DNA of 55,024 nucleotides from a virus. Lineage: Duplodnaviria > Caudoviricetes. The notes under the pieces were generated by a model. It was not told the DNA's origin. It saw only the letters and a list, made by a program, of their open reading frames with translations, and searched no databases. The position numbers were made by a program, and so were the translations under genes. The stretch spans positions 1-55,024 of the IMG/VR virus record IMGVR_UViG_3300031920_000406. One strand, written 5' to 3'. Positions 37,074-47,072 of this stretch are shown piece after piece; position 1 is the first letter of the stretch, and the number at the start of each line of letters is the position of its first letter.

Positions 37074-40000
37074 TTACCAGTAATTATACCATTGCACCAG
37101 GCCTGCGTATTTTCTTTCCAGCGGGCCTATATCGTATTCATTTGTTCCCGGCATGCTCTGTCCACGCCATTCTGTTTCGAATGGGTGGTCGAGGTCTCCT
37201 TGCAACATATATGCGAAATCCACTTGTTCTGTCGGACTTACCATTCCATTGTCTATTAGATTGCTTCTGGGTGCGGGGCTCCAGTTTGACCCTTCCGGAT
37301 TTGCTGCATTAAAACCGGAAAAGAGTTCTTCCTGTGTTTGTGTTGTAAGAATACCATTAGCTTCTCCCTGGTCAACATCTCTGTACAGATCGTAATCTTC
37401 TATGTCTATTACGCTGTTTGCGATATCATTCCATAAATAAATATTGTTTTTTGTCCATATTGTAGCTCCGGCAATGCCGTATATAGCCCGGCGCCAGTTC
37501 CTAAAGTGGTTATTGTATATATACACCCAGTCTTTTACTCCAGTGTACATACCATAGTGTCCGATCCCCACTGGCGCTTTTTCTTCGATTCCCCAAATAC
37601 TATTGTCCACTGTTATCACTCGCCCCGCGTTGTCTCTTCCATTAATAATCATCCGTGCGCTTGCGACTTCATAAGCCATTCGGACTATGCACATCGACAC
37701 TTTTAATGAACTCCCTGTTTTTGATCTTAGACAGATAACATCTCTCGCACCCCCTCCTGCTCCGGTATTAAACATTTGCATTCCCATAAACCAGATATTC
37801 GAGATCACATTTGCGACGTCATTTAAATCTATGGTAACTGCCGCCACGACGAACAGACGATATTTTGTCACATCCCAGCTACCGCTATTGATTACTCGAT
37901 GTTGCATTATACTTTCCCGGACAGTCGAGAACGTTTGCCACACTTTTATACCGTGTCCGAAGTCGCACGTCGGACCGTCATATACCACTGCTACAGCGTC
38001 TGGTACATATGTCGCCTGTTCACAATAGCATGGAAACCATAGCTGATAATCTCCTGCTACTAACGAAGCATTTCCTGTTAGAGCTGCGTATCCTGCTTCT
38101 GCTGCCGATTGACTTGCGAACACATGATCGATACTGTTTACTGCTTGGTCCGCTGCATTTCCCGGAGCCCCTCCCGCCCCTGTTCTTAATACGAATTGAA
38201 ACGGGTTAATCATTTCTTTCACATAACCGTGTGCCGGACCTGCCCCGTAGTCCACGTCTGCACCAACTCCCATTAACACATTCACTTGTGGAATTTCGAA
38301 TGTTGCTATGCCGTCCAATACTCTTACTAATCCTGCTCCTGTTTGAAAATCTGCTGGGCAATTTGGACACACCCCGAATGGGCACACCGCTTGGGTTCTC
38401 TCTAACGCCCCCGCATCCGGCGCTATTCCTTGTGACCGGAAGCCTGCTTCGTGATCTAAATCTGGTGTATGATTATTAAAGTGTCTTGCTCTACAGATTA
38501 GATCGCTTCCCAGGGCCGGTGTCCAGTCCCATGTTTCCCGGCCTCCTGCTACTGCTGTGAACAGAGCTGCATCCGCTTGTACTGTAAGATAACCGTGTAT
38601 TTCTCCTTCGTTGATATCGTATACGTTATAGTCTTGTGTTGTGATTGATCCCATTACCGCTGCATTTCTTACAAAGACTGAGTTATACACTGATACCACA
38701 GCGGCGCCTCCTTCCCCTACCGGTACATGCCACCCATACATGGTGCAGTATTTCATGTCCAGCGTTTGACCGTCTCCGTCCGCGAACATTCCAGTGAAGT
38801 CCAAACGGATCGCGAAAAGCCCGATTACATATATTACGCAGTTGTATACTTTTGCGCTCCCGTTATCCACTCTTACAGCTTGCCGTAAGTGTACACCATT
38901 GCAATCAGCTACACGGATCACGCACTGTTCTATCACTGTATCCCCATCCGCGTGTCCGAAGATGTAGACTGTTCCTCTCGCCGCCAGGGCATTTGAGCTC
39001 ATGTGCAGTTGCAAGCCCATGATATTTAGATATTGACGGGTTGAGGATCCTACTGTAAGGATATTACCTGTCGCTATTTCCAGTCGATATAATGTTGGAT
39101 CCCACACTCCCCCTGTTTGTACCCGATGAACGAAATTACATTGTCGCACCGTATCCAAAGGCGTATACACGTGTAGTTGATATGTTTCATCACAAGTCGT
39201 ACCGTCATACACCACCTGCACGTTATCTACGGTGTTTCCCGCTTGTTCGCAGTAGCACACCCCGTGCATTGAAATTTCTGCCTGGGTCAGGTCTGACGTT
39301 CCCAGATTTCCCGAGAATCCGTTTTCGAACGTTGATTGTGACCCGAACGGATGTGTAATTAATGTACATGTCGTATTGTTTGTATCAGGCGGTTTTGCCC
39401 CTGTCAGTGTAAGCACCATCCATGCGTTTTCCGATAGTTTCCCCACTACGCATGCCACCGCTGCGCCATTGTATTGTATTCTTGCCCCTATTCCCATCAG
39501 GTTATGATTCTGTGCATTGACGAAGTACATGATACTATCGAGCACCGCGCATTCACTTCCTACTCTAAAATTTCCTGGACCGTTAGGGCAGATGCCGTAC
39601 ATGATCTTGTCTTGAGGATAATATGCTAAGGCTCCCACGTCCCATCTTCCACGTGGGCTTAGAAAATCTGTTGGAAGAAATGTTTCTCCATCTTCATAAT
39701 CTTTTACTGGGTGTGTTTCCACAACCAATCGATATCCTTCTGGATGGTCGAGGTCTGCCGAGTCTTCATCACGAAGTTTTATTCCATTGCCGATCAGCTC
39801 ACTATCTGCTCTCGGGTACCACACCCATGTATCCTCGAATCCTGCTGCCGAGTAGAATAGTTCCTCATTTGTTTGTCTTGTCAATCTTCCGTGCTCTTCT
39901 TCCAGATCTGTTTGGCGGTATATGTTAAAATCGTGGTATGTTCCCGCCGATATACCCAGGCGCAGGTCCAGGAAGTTGTTTATAACGAACATTCCGCTAC

Positions 40001-40931
40001 CTGTACATACCAAATCGTCCATGTTATGAAATGTATTTCCTACTACGATAAACTGACCGCTCCGGATTGTAAAGAATGGGTAAAATACTGATCCTGTTAA
40101 TAGCGTACTATGCACTGTGCTGAAGCACACATTGTTTTTCATTACCACAACTTGCCCGTTGTTTGTCCCTACCCAGACTATTTCCCCCAGGCTGGGACCT
40201 CCTGTGTCTCTTAATCTTAATACACATTGTTCTATGAACACTCGTGACGTTGCTATTGCATTCATTTGAATGCATCTTCCCCCGGCCCACGAGTGGTAAA
40301 TCTGTAGATTTGTTATGTGAACTGACAGCATGAAACCGGCCCCATTGTCTAGTCCGATTCGATAGTTACCTGCCATTGCTTGCATTCTGTATTTTGTACC
40401 TGCCCACATCCCATTATTAACATTTGCGTGCACAAAATTGCCTTCAGTTGCCAAATTGGTAATGCTGTAAATGAAAAATTCATGTGTTGCATCGCATGTT
40501 GGGCCGTCGAAGTTACACAGCACAGCGTCTACATCGTATGTCGTTTGATTCGCATAGCACGGAAAGCATACGTCTTGATTTGTCGCCACAAGACTTGCAT
40601 TGCCTGTGAGAGCTGCATATCCTGCTTCGGCTGTTGCCAGGGAACCAAAAACTGCACTGATCGAAACTATTGCTGAAATCGCTTGATTAATCATTGCCAC
40701 CCCCGTTGCATCTACCAGGTACCAGTTCGATTGGTCTACCTTTGATGCCACATACCCGATCGATCCCCCGGCATTATACTCAACTCTTGATCCTACTCCC
40801 ATCAAAACATCTGTTTGTGGCGCGCTGAAATTAGCCAAACCACCCCCGCCTGCCACGGTGATATTTCCAGCTATCTTATAATCAGCTGGGCAATTCGGAC
40901 ACACTTGCATGAAGCCTTGATTTGCCGCCAT
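37074..40931 (-). CDS. Large virion appendage protein with three tandem about 420-aa beta-helix modules
   Basis: VCPNCPADY / ICPNGPGNF / VCPNCPADF starts; DLDH and D.G.L ends. Confidence 0.75.
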   Translation of the reverse strand: MAANQGFMQVCPNCPADYKIAGNITVAGGGGLANFSAPQTDVLMGVGSRVEYNAGGSIGYVASKVDQSNWYLVDATGVAMINQAISAIVSISAVFGSLATAEAGYAALTGNASLVATNQDVCFPCYANQTTYDVDAVLCNFDGPTCDATHEFFIYSITNLATEGNFVHANVNNGMWAGTKYRMQAMAGNYRIGLDNGAGFMLSVHITNLQIYHSWAGGRCIQMNAIATSRVFIEQCVLRLRDTGGPSLGEIVWVGTNNGQVVVMKNNVCFSTVHSTLLTGSVFYPFFTIRSGQFIVVGNTFHNMDDLVCTGSGMFVINNFLDLRLGISAGTYHDFNIYRQTDLEEEHGRLTRQTNEELFYSAAGFEDTWVWYPRADSELIGNGIKLRDEDSADLDHPEGYRLVVETHPVKDYEDGETFLPTDFLSPRGRWDVGALAYYPQDKIMYGICPNGPGNFRVGSECAVLDSIMYFVNAQNHNLMGIGARIQYNGAAVACVVGKLSENAWMVLTLTGAKPPDTNNTTCTLITHPFGSQSTFENGFSGNLGTSDLTQAEISMHGVCYCEQAGNTVDNVQVVYDGTTCDETYQLHVYTPLDTVRQCNFVHRVQTGGVWDPTLYRLEIATGNILTVGSSTRQYLNIMGLQLHMSSNALAARGTVYIFGHADGDTVIEQCVIRVADCNGVHLRQAVRVDNGSAKVYNCVIYVIGLFAIRLDFTGMFADGDGQTLDMKYCTMYGWHVPVGEGGAAVVSVYNSVFVRNAAVMGSITTQDYNVYDINEGEIHGYLTVQADAALFTAVAGGRETWDWTPALGSDLICRARHFNNHTPDLDHEAGFRSQGIAPDAGALERTQAVCPFGVCPNCPADFQTGAGLVRVLDGIATFEIPQVNVLMGVGADVDYGAGPAHGYVKEMINPFQFVLRTGAGGAPGNAADQAVNSIDHVFASQSAAEAGYAALTGNASLVAGDYQLWFPCYCEQATYVPDAVAVVYDGPTCDFGHGIKVWQTFSTVRESIMQHRVINSGSWDVTKYRLFVVAAVTIDLNDVANVISNIWFMGMQMFNTGAGGGARDVICLRSKTGSSLKVSMCIVRMAYEVASARMIINGRDNAGRVITVDNSIWGIEEKAPVGIGHYGMYTGVKDWVYIYNNHFRNWRRAIYGIAGATIWTKNNIYLWNDIANSVIDIEDYDLYRDVDQGEANGILTTQTQEELFSGFNAANPEGSNWSPAPRSNLIDNGMVSPTEQVDFAYMLQGDLDHPFETEWRGQSMPGTNEYDIGPLERKYAGLVQWYNYW

Positions 40932-41008
40932 ACTCTTTACTTATCTCTTCCTTTTACTTATCTTTTTCAATTTATTACCAGCTCTCTTTTCTTTGACTAT
41001 TTATTTCT

Positions 41009-41362
41009 TTACTCTTCTTTTTTCTTTGACGTATTTTCAACTACTGTCAAAGCTTTTTTAATTTTGATTTTCTTTATAACTTCCCAGATTTCATCGATTG
41101 GACCATTCTTATCTTTCAGTTTTTCCTTGTCTTCTTCTGACAGCTCTGCCAGATTCCCTTTGAATTTTGGATATCTTTTTTCCGGATCGATATCTTTGTT
41201 GATATTTGTCATGATTTCTTCTGCTTTGACTTTAGCCACCTCTGTAACATCAAAGATCTCTCTTTCTGTTGCAGTAGGCTCGAAATCATATACCGCTACA
41301 ATATCTCCTAATTCACATTCGGGGCGTTTTGTTTTTGGGCTGATTGATATAATGAAGCTCAT
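41009..41362 (-). CDS. Hypothetical protein (possible appendage chaperone)
   Basis: GAGG RBS; precedes large appendage gene. Confidence 0.55.
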   Translation of the reverse strand: MSFIISISPKTKRPECELGDIVAVYDFEPTATEREIFDVTEVAKVKAEEIMTNINKDIDPEKRYPKFKGNLAELSEEDKEKLKDKNGPIDEIWEVIKKIKIKKALTVVENTSKKKEE

Positions 41363-41554
41363 ATTTGACCTCTTTCTTTTATCTGCATCATGACAGTCCC
41401 ACGTTTTCTACGAAGTAGAACTGATTTTGTCTCTCTATTACCATCTTCATTTCGGCATTATATCGCACAACCCCGCACTATGCGGCAATATCCGGCATTA
41501 ACCCTTAACTCTAAATATTTTATGCACGTTCTCAACTGACATTTTTTGTGTGTT

Positions 41555-41740
41555 TTACTTTCCGCCATTTGCGAATGTTAAAACGATATTTACGATTACC
41601 GCTATTAGCGTAGACAGTGTTAGCAATAGAAACCGGTTCCACATTTTTGTTAACCCTCGTATTTCCCTAAAAACTCTCTCGAACCCTTTCTCGATGTTAT
41701 CGTGTTTTTCATCGCACAATTCTTTGTTGAATTCATTCAT
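41555..41740 (-). CDS. Small membrane protein (holin / XhlA-like)
   Basis: Coiled N-terminus plus single C-terminal TM helix. Confidence 0.5.
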   Translation of the reverse strand: MNEFNKELCDEKHDNIEKGFERVFREIRGLTKMWNRFLLLTLSTLIAVIVNIVLTFANGGK

Positions 41741-41766
41741 TATTTAATTTTCCTTTACACTTACAC

Positions 41767-42591
41767 TCACTTCAGTATCTTCGTATTACAGTTTTCGTAT
41801 CCCAGTTTCTTGCGCAGCCCCTCAGTTGCCGTACTGATGAATTCTATTTCCCAGGCGCTTAAATTCTTGTGACTTTCCCCATCTCTTTCGCCTGTAAACT
41901 CTGAAAACTTACTTGCGTTCGGTATTGTCAATCCTTCTTTGTCAAGCTCGCAATGTTTTAGTATTTGACTCCAAATCCTCTTTGCGTCCTTTTCATCCGG
42001 ATATGTTTTTCCTTTAATCAAGTCTTCATATCTTATCCACATAAAACTGTCTATTTCTTTGCTCTCCATCCAAAGAACTGTATTTACATTAATCCACTGT
42101 GCTGTTGCTGTGGGTACGTCCAGGTTTAGAGCAACATCTCCCATTAGAGGTTGACGTCGAATAATTCCTTCTACTACAGACCATGGGTTTCGTACCATTC
42201 CCATAATGATTGCATCCGGCCAGAGTAGTTTAATCCACGTTAACCGCAGTGATAGTTTCGGATCTTTTGTCAATAGGCGTGAACCATTTTTCCAGTGTTT
42301 TTTTCGATGTTTTCGAAACCAACCGATTAGACTTTCCACCTCCTCTTTACCCATCGGTCCCCCGCCATACGCTTTTAATATGCTTTCTTTATGAGCATGA
42401 TTTGTATTGAAGCACGGGAATAATGCGAATAGCCGATTTAGCCGTCCATCCAGGTTCGGTTGCACTCCTAGCCAGTGAAGCTCCTTATCCATGCCTCCTA
42501 CATCTTGATGTTCTCGTAATGGGAGGAATAGGCACTTCGTGCCTGAGTTCGTGCATCCCACGATGAAGATTGGACTTTTTGTTCCCAGCAT
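41767..42591 (-). CDS. Sulfotransferase family protein
   Basis: PIFIVGCTNSGT 5'-PSB loop; KDP; VRNPW.VV; IRYEDL. Confidence 0.88.
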   Translation of the reverse strand: MLGTKSPIFIVGCTNSGTKCLFLPLREHQDVGGMDKELHWLGVQPNLDGRLNRLFALFPCFNTNHAHKESILKAYGGGPMGKEEVESLIGWFRKHRKKHWKNGSRLLTKDPKLSLRLTWIKLLWPDAIIMGMVRNPWSVVEGIIRRQPLMGDVALNLDVPTATAQWINVNTVLWMESKEIDSFMWIRYEDLIKGKTYPDEKDAKRIWSQILKHCELDKEGLTIPNASKFSEFTGERDGESHKNLSAWEIEFISTATEGLRKKLGYENCNTKILK

Positions 42592-42606
42592 TTTTTTCTC
42601 TCTCTT

Positions 42607-42697
42607 TTTATCGTTTATCGTTTATCCTTTATCGTTCAGCGTTTAACGTTTAACATTTAACGTTTATCGTTCAACCTTCAACGTTTAACTCTCAACG
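42607..42697. repeat. 13 degenerate heptamer tandem repeats (TTYAWCG)
   Basis: tttatcg tttatcg tttatcc tttatcg ttcagcg tttaacg ... ctcaacg. Confidence 0.85.
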
Positions 42698-43156
42698 TTC
42701 CAGCCGCAGGAATGAAATATCGATTCCATATTGAACTGCATTTGTTGATCGTACAAATAACCCATGATCCCAATCGAGATGTTTACCTCGCGTCGAGTTC
42801 ATTGTGTATCCCTGTCCTGCATTGGGAGCAAACATTGGTGCCAATAAGTTATTTCCTGCAGCGTCTTCTAAATATATTACCGTTGGACCATTGATTGACA
42901 ACAGAATATCAAACACTACGATTTGCATTCCTGGATACCCATGGATAAGCGGATGAGCCACAGCGTCATTTTCTTCCCGTACCGCTACTTCATGCGGACC
43001 TGCTTTAAATGTACTTGCCATTGTCGCCGCAATTCCGCTGATGTACTGCAACACGTTAAAATCTACACTTCCATCTGTCGCCACCCGATGTGTCATGTTT
43101 CGTATGAGTTCTTGCGTCTGTTCTACAGATGCTTGTTCTTTTGATGTTAGTCTCAT
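42692..43156 (-). CDS. Hypothetical virion-associated protein
   Basis: GGGAG RBS; beta-rich C-terminus. Confidence 0.55.
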   Translation of the reverse strand: MRLTSKEQASVEQTQELIRNMTHRVATDGSVDFNVLQYISGIAATMASTFKAGPHEVAVREENDAVAHPLIHGYPGMQIVVFDILLSINGPTVIYLEDAAGNNLLAPMFAPNAGQGYTMNSTRGKHLDWDHGLFVRSTNAVQYGIDISFLRLER

Positions 43157-43172
43157 TTTTGTTTGATCTCCC

Positions 43173-44171
43173 TTATTGGGGTGAATTCAGGAATGCAAGC
43201 ATTTTCTTTTTCGATGATTCCAGGCTGTACCCCTCGCATTCCGCGATTGCCTCTCTGACAACCTCCGTATAAAACTCTTTGTCATTAATCAATTTTTTTA
43301 ACACTTTGCTCATTTCAATTGGATTGAATTGCCGCGTTGCTAATCTCGGGAAACACTTTTTCTGCGCTGATACGATTTCACATCCTACCACCGGCACTCC
43401 AAGCGCAGCGCATTCAGCTGTGAATCGGCCATACGAAGCGATCGTGTATGATTCTACTACTGCGTACAATTCGGACGTAAATTCCATAAGAGATTCGAAC
43501 TTTAGGTATGGTTGTACTTCCGGGTACATGTGGTGTACTTTTGGCGCGAACGATGGACTGTTTGCCCCAATTGCTGTTGTTACCCATCCTGCAGGCAGAT
43601 CGTTTACTACAAACCATGGCAGTACCGTATTTCCCACATATCGGTGAATTGACACCCCGATCCGTTCTCCCCGATCATATTTTCGTAGTACTTTTAGTCG
43701 CTCGACGTCTACTGGATGTGGGATACATTTTACCTTTCGTTTGAGGTTTTTACTTAACAGCTCGCACATTATTGGTTCTACCCCAAAGATAAAATCTCCT
43801 TGATCAACAGCTCTCAGCATTTCTTGTGGAAACGGAAACGTTGTGCTCCATAGGTGAATAGAGTGATCCACATTGAACAGCAGTTTTGTTTTGTTTCGAT
43901 CTATCATTGGCAGCACTTGCGACAATAATGGGATATTTCGTGGTGTTATGTTGATATGGATGAGATTAAATCTCTCGGTATCCTCTGGGAATACTGGGAA
44001 GCTGAAATCTCCTTTAAATATCTTACACCAGTGATATAGTCCAGAGATGCACAGTTTTTCTTTTGCGAATTCCTCTACATGATCTCGCGTCGGTTTATCA
44101 AAAGTCAACAGGTTGTATTTTACATTCTCTTCCGTAAATACCATTTGTTTTTTCAACTTCCTTTCCAGCAC
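43173..44171 (-). CDS. GT-B glycosyltransferase
   Basis: IPHPVD; SYGRFTAECAALGVPVVG. Confidence 0.75.
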   Translation of the reverse strand: MLERKLKKQMVFTEENVKYNLLTFDKPTRDHVEEFAKEKLCISGLYHWCKIFKGDFSFPVFPEDTERFNLIHINITPRNIPLLSQVLPMIDRNKTKLLFNVDHSIHLWSTTFPFPQEMLRAVDQGDFIFGVEPIMCELLSKNLKRKVKCIPHPVDVERLKVLRKYDRGERIGVSIHRYVGNTVLPWFVVNDLPAGWVTTAIGANSPSFAPKVHHMYPEVQPYLKFESLMEFTSELYAVVESYTIASYGRFTAECAALGVPVVGCEIVSAQKKCFPRLATRQFNPIEMSKVLKKLINDKEFYTEVVREAIAECEGYSLESSKKKMLAFLNSPQ

Positions 44172-44760
44172 TTTGTTCTAATTTACTTTTTACCTGTCCT
44201 CGCATTACCCATCGATTTGCGATTCCAATTTGATTTTCAATCTTCACTACCCCCTCATATCGTTCTCGGGCGATTGCATCCGTTTCGAAGAATCGTACGT
44301 GTCCCTCGCTGTCGAAATTCGGCACACTCCAGATTAGTTCGCTTCCCGCTGGGATCTCTCTGATTATTTTTAGATCATCCGCTACATGCTCGAAAACTTC
44401 AATTGCTACAACTATGATGTTTGGTTCCTCTTCCCACCCCTTCGCTTTTAATATTCCCGCCATTCCCTCTCGTATATCATATTCCATGAAGTCCTGTTTC
44501 GACATAACCCGCGCCATCTTTAGTCCCGACCGGCTAAAGTCTACACCTACGTAGTTTTTTATTCCCTCGTTGTATAGATACTCTGCAAGTTGCCCGGTTC
44601 CGCATCCCAGTTCTATTACCGGGTATACTCCGATTATTTTGATAAATTGCATTACGCTTGCGAATACCGGGAAATGAATGACTGTTAAATATGGTGATTG
44701 ATATGCTACTGATTTTTCGTAAATGTGGTCATAGTATGCCGCTTCTCTTACTTCCTTCAT
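44098..44760 (-). CDS. Class I SAM-dependent methyltransferase
   Basis: VIELGCGTG; GVDFS; EVFEHV.DD; SVPN. Confidence 0.85.
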   Translation of the reverse strand: MKEVREAAYYDHIYEKSVAYQSPYLTVIHFPVFASVMQFIKIIGVYPVIELGCGTGQLAEYLYNEGIKNYVGVDFSRSGLKMARVMSKQDFMEYDIREGMAGILKAKGWEEEPNIIVVAIEVFEHVADDLKIIREIPAGSELIWSVPNFDSEGHVRFFETDAIARERYEGVVKIENQIGIANRWVMRGQVKSKLEQSAGKEVEKTNGIYGRECKIQPVDF

Positions 44761-44782
44761 TCTTTTTTCCTTCCATACAAAT

Positions 44783-44826
44783 AAAATGGGCAAGGGCGAT
44801 TCTCTTCTCCCTTGCCCATTTTTTTT
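44783..44826. terminator. Bidirectional intrinsic terminator
   Basis: AAAATGGGCAAGGG / CCCTTGCCCATTTT stem with T-rich tails on both strands. Confidence 0.75.
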
Positions 44827-44853
44827 AATTCACTGACATTCTATTTCACTTTT

Positions 44854-45330
44854 TTAATCCAGTCGTTCCTGGCCTACGATTACGATTGTTGCTCGATTAG
44901 CTGCATTGATTTTACGTGTGCACACTATCCGCATCGGCGTTGTTGCCCCCACATTTGGATTCATTGGCGTTGTGCTATTCTGGAATGCTAAACCCGTAGT
45001 TGTTCCATTCCACAGCCTTCCACCTAAACGTACGATTGTCGTCCCGCCTCCCATTACATCAATCCGGTGTACTGTTGTTGCCGCATCGCTCGTGCTTGAC
45101 CATGATGCGATATAACCCCGTTCTACCTGGAAATTTCGCTTGAAAAATGGCATGCCATTTACCGGCACTATTGTAGTAGTGTGCTGTCCTGCTGCATTCA
45201 CACCTGGCCACAATAAGCCTGTTGTTAATCCACCCGTGTATAGTTCGATATGAGATCGTCTTACAGACGGCAACGTATCTGCTACACCGATTTGTCCGGA
45301 GAATGTTCTTGGGATAGTAATATCATCCAT
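44854..45330 (-). CDS. Virion (capsid decoration-like) protein, paralog B
   Basis: Highly similar to 45360-45839; downstream of capsid gene. Confidence 0.6.
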   Translation of the reverse strand: MDDITIPRTFSGQIGVADTLPSVRRSHIELYTGGLTTGLLWPGVNAAGQHTTTIVPVNGMPFFKRNFQVERGYIASWSSTSDAATTVHRIDVMGGGTTIVRLGGRLWNGTTTGLAFQNSTTPMNPNVGATTPMRIVCTRKINAANRATIVIVGQERLD

Positions 45331-45359
45331 CGTTTTTTACTCCTTCCGCTTTCCCCGGT

Positions 45360-45839
45360 TTAATCCAGAGCTTCACGGCCTACCATGAAGATTGTAGCCC
45401 GGTTACAAAACGGTCCTTTTCTTACGCAAACTATCCGGATAGGCGTTGTTGCCGCTACATTTGGATTCATTGGCGTTGTGCTTGCCACTACCGCATGCAT
45501 TGTAGTCGTATTGTTCCACAGCCTGCCAGGCAACCGACAGATTGTCGTACCGCCTCCCATAATATCCACGTGGTGTACCGTCGTTGCGCTTGACGTAGTA
45601 TTCCCCCACGTTGCGATCAATCCCCGTTCTACCGTGAAATTTCGCTGGAATAGCGGCAGTCCATTTGCAGGCATTATAGTCGTTGCATGCATTCCTGCCG
45701 CATTCACTCCAGGCCACAATAAGCCTGTTGTTAACCCTCCTGTATATAAGTTCATATAATGGCGCCTTATAGAGGGCAGTGTATCTGCTACACCTATATG
45801 ATCCGCGAAGCTTCGCGGTATTTTTACTTGATCACCCAT
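45360..45839 (-). CDS. Virion (capsid decoration-like) protein, paralog A
   Basis: Shared GVADTLPS.RR, LYTGGLTTGLLWPGVNAAG, STTPMNPNV. Confidence 0.6.
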   Translation of the reverse strand: MGDQVKIPRSFADHIGVADTLPSIRRHYMNLYTGGLTTGLLWPGVNAAGMHATTIMPANGLPLFQRNFTVERGLIATWGNTTSSATTVHHVDIMGGGTTICRLPGRLWNNTTTMHAVVASTTPMNPNVAATTPIRIVCVRKGPFCNRATIFMVGREALD

Positions 45840-45870
45840 AAAATTACTCCTTTACTTCTGGGTTGAAACA

Positions 45871-45909
45871 AAGCGAAGGGAACTGTTTTTTTTACGTTCC
45901 CTTTGCTTC
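45871..45909 (-). terminator. Probable terminator after major capsid gene
   Basis: AAGCGAAGGGAAC / GTTCCCTTTGCTT stem. Confidence 0.55.
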
Positions 45910-45923
45910 GACCCTTTCGCCGA

Positions 45924-47036
45924 TTATGTCCAAACAATTCGACGTACTGCACCATCCGCGATGATGCAAAAACGGCTTGCTTCTGATATTACCGCCTCTT
46001 CGAATTTTCTGGAGATGATTTTGTCCGCCTCTACACTCAGCGTTTCGTTTATTACTTCTTTGACGGCGAATCTATCATCTAATGTCACAATGACTGTTCC
46101 AACTGGAGTCGCGCCCGGTGTTGCATTAACCTGCTTCACCTTTGCACCCAGTGGCGTTACCATTTTTCCCGTACGCTGATATTCCCAACCAGCCAACGGA
46201 TCCTGGAACTGTGCCATTGCAAGGATAGTTCTCACGCTTTGACCCGGTGCTAATATCCGGCTCATGCTGAATGGCGCTTCGTATGCTGTTTCGTTCTCAA
46301 TCAGATCCGTATATGCCAGAGTTGCCGCAACCCCTGCAAAAGTATTTGTTGCCGCGCCTACCGTTCCATCTCCCGTGATTCCCAAATCGTAGATATCTTG
46401 AAGCTTGTCTGCTGAGAATTGCGCTCCAATCAAGCGCAGAAATACCGCAAAATCAGACCATCCGTAATCTTTAATTACTGAATATGCCGATTCAATTATG
46501 CGTCCATTATCATTCACTACGATATCTTTTTCACGCCGCACGATCGATACTACCGGGAAGGCTCCCCCTTTACCTGACGCCGCTCGCCCGCCCAGTGATT
46601 TATCACGTCGCGTCCGCAAACTCGCCAAATTCATGTCCGGGATGTATAATGGGTGATAGTGCGAGCCTTTTGACGCGATGCTTACTGCAATACAATCTTT
46701 GCAGCTGAACTTTTCCTTTACATCCATTCCTGCTTTGACTTCACGCAGCACTAACTCCGGCATTAGATATTCAGCAGTATTTGCTAACTTTTCTATGCTG
46801 AATTGATTATTTCCTTTCAGCTCGATCTCTTTTACCGCCAAATGGCGCGTAAATGCATCTGTTGGCGTAACAGCATTACCGTCTGTGTCACGCGGCGTTG
46901 GATCAAGTTCCTCCAAACGTTCACTCAGCGAAACACGCGCCCCCTGCAAATCCTTGTATAGTTTCAATCCATCTTTTTGATACTTATCGAATTCGCTGGC
47001 GATCTCTCTTGATTTTTCCAGATCTATAAGTGGCAT
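45924..47036 (-). CDS. Major capsid protein (HK97-like fold inferred)
   Basis: LMPE.V.REV..G; G.II..AY.VI; VEADKIISRKFEEAVIS; size and position after scaffold and decoration genes. Confidence 0.7.
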   Translation of the reverse strand: MPLIDLEKSREIASEFDKYQKDGLKLYKDLQGARVSLSERLEELDPTPRDTDGNAVTPTDAFTRHLAVKEIELKGNNQFSIEKLANTAEYLMPELVLREVKAGMDVKEKFSCKDCIAVSIASKGSHYHPLYIPDMNLASLRTRRDKSLGGRAASGKGGAFPVVSIVRREKDIVVNDNGRIIESAYSVIKDYGWSDFAVFLRLIGAQFSADKLQDIYDLGITGDGTVGAATNTFAGVAATLAYTDLIENETAYEAPFSMSRILAPGQSVRTILAMAQFQDPLAGWEYQRTGKMVTPLGAKVKQVNATPGATPVGTVIVTLDDRFAVKEVINETLSVEADKIISRKFEEAVISEASRFCIIADGAVRRIVWT

Positions 47037-47072
47037 ATTTACCTTCCTGTCAATAGTTACACACACACATTG

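Noticed and set aside
30632-47000. Numerous plus-strand ORFs opposite structural genes
   Set aside because: Antisense shadows of well-supported minus-strand genes, with no RBS or motifs
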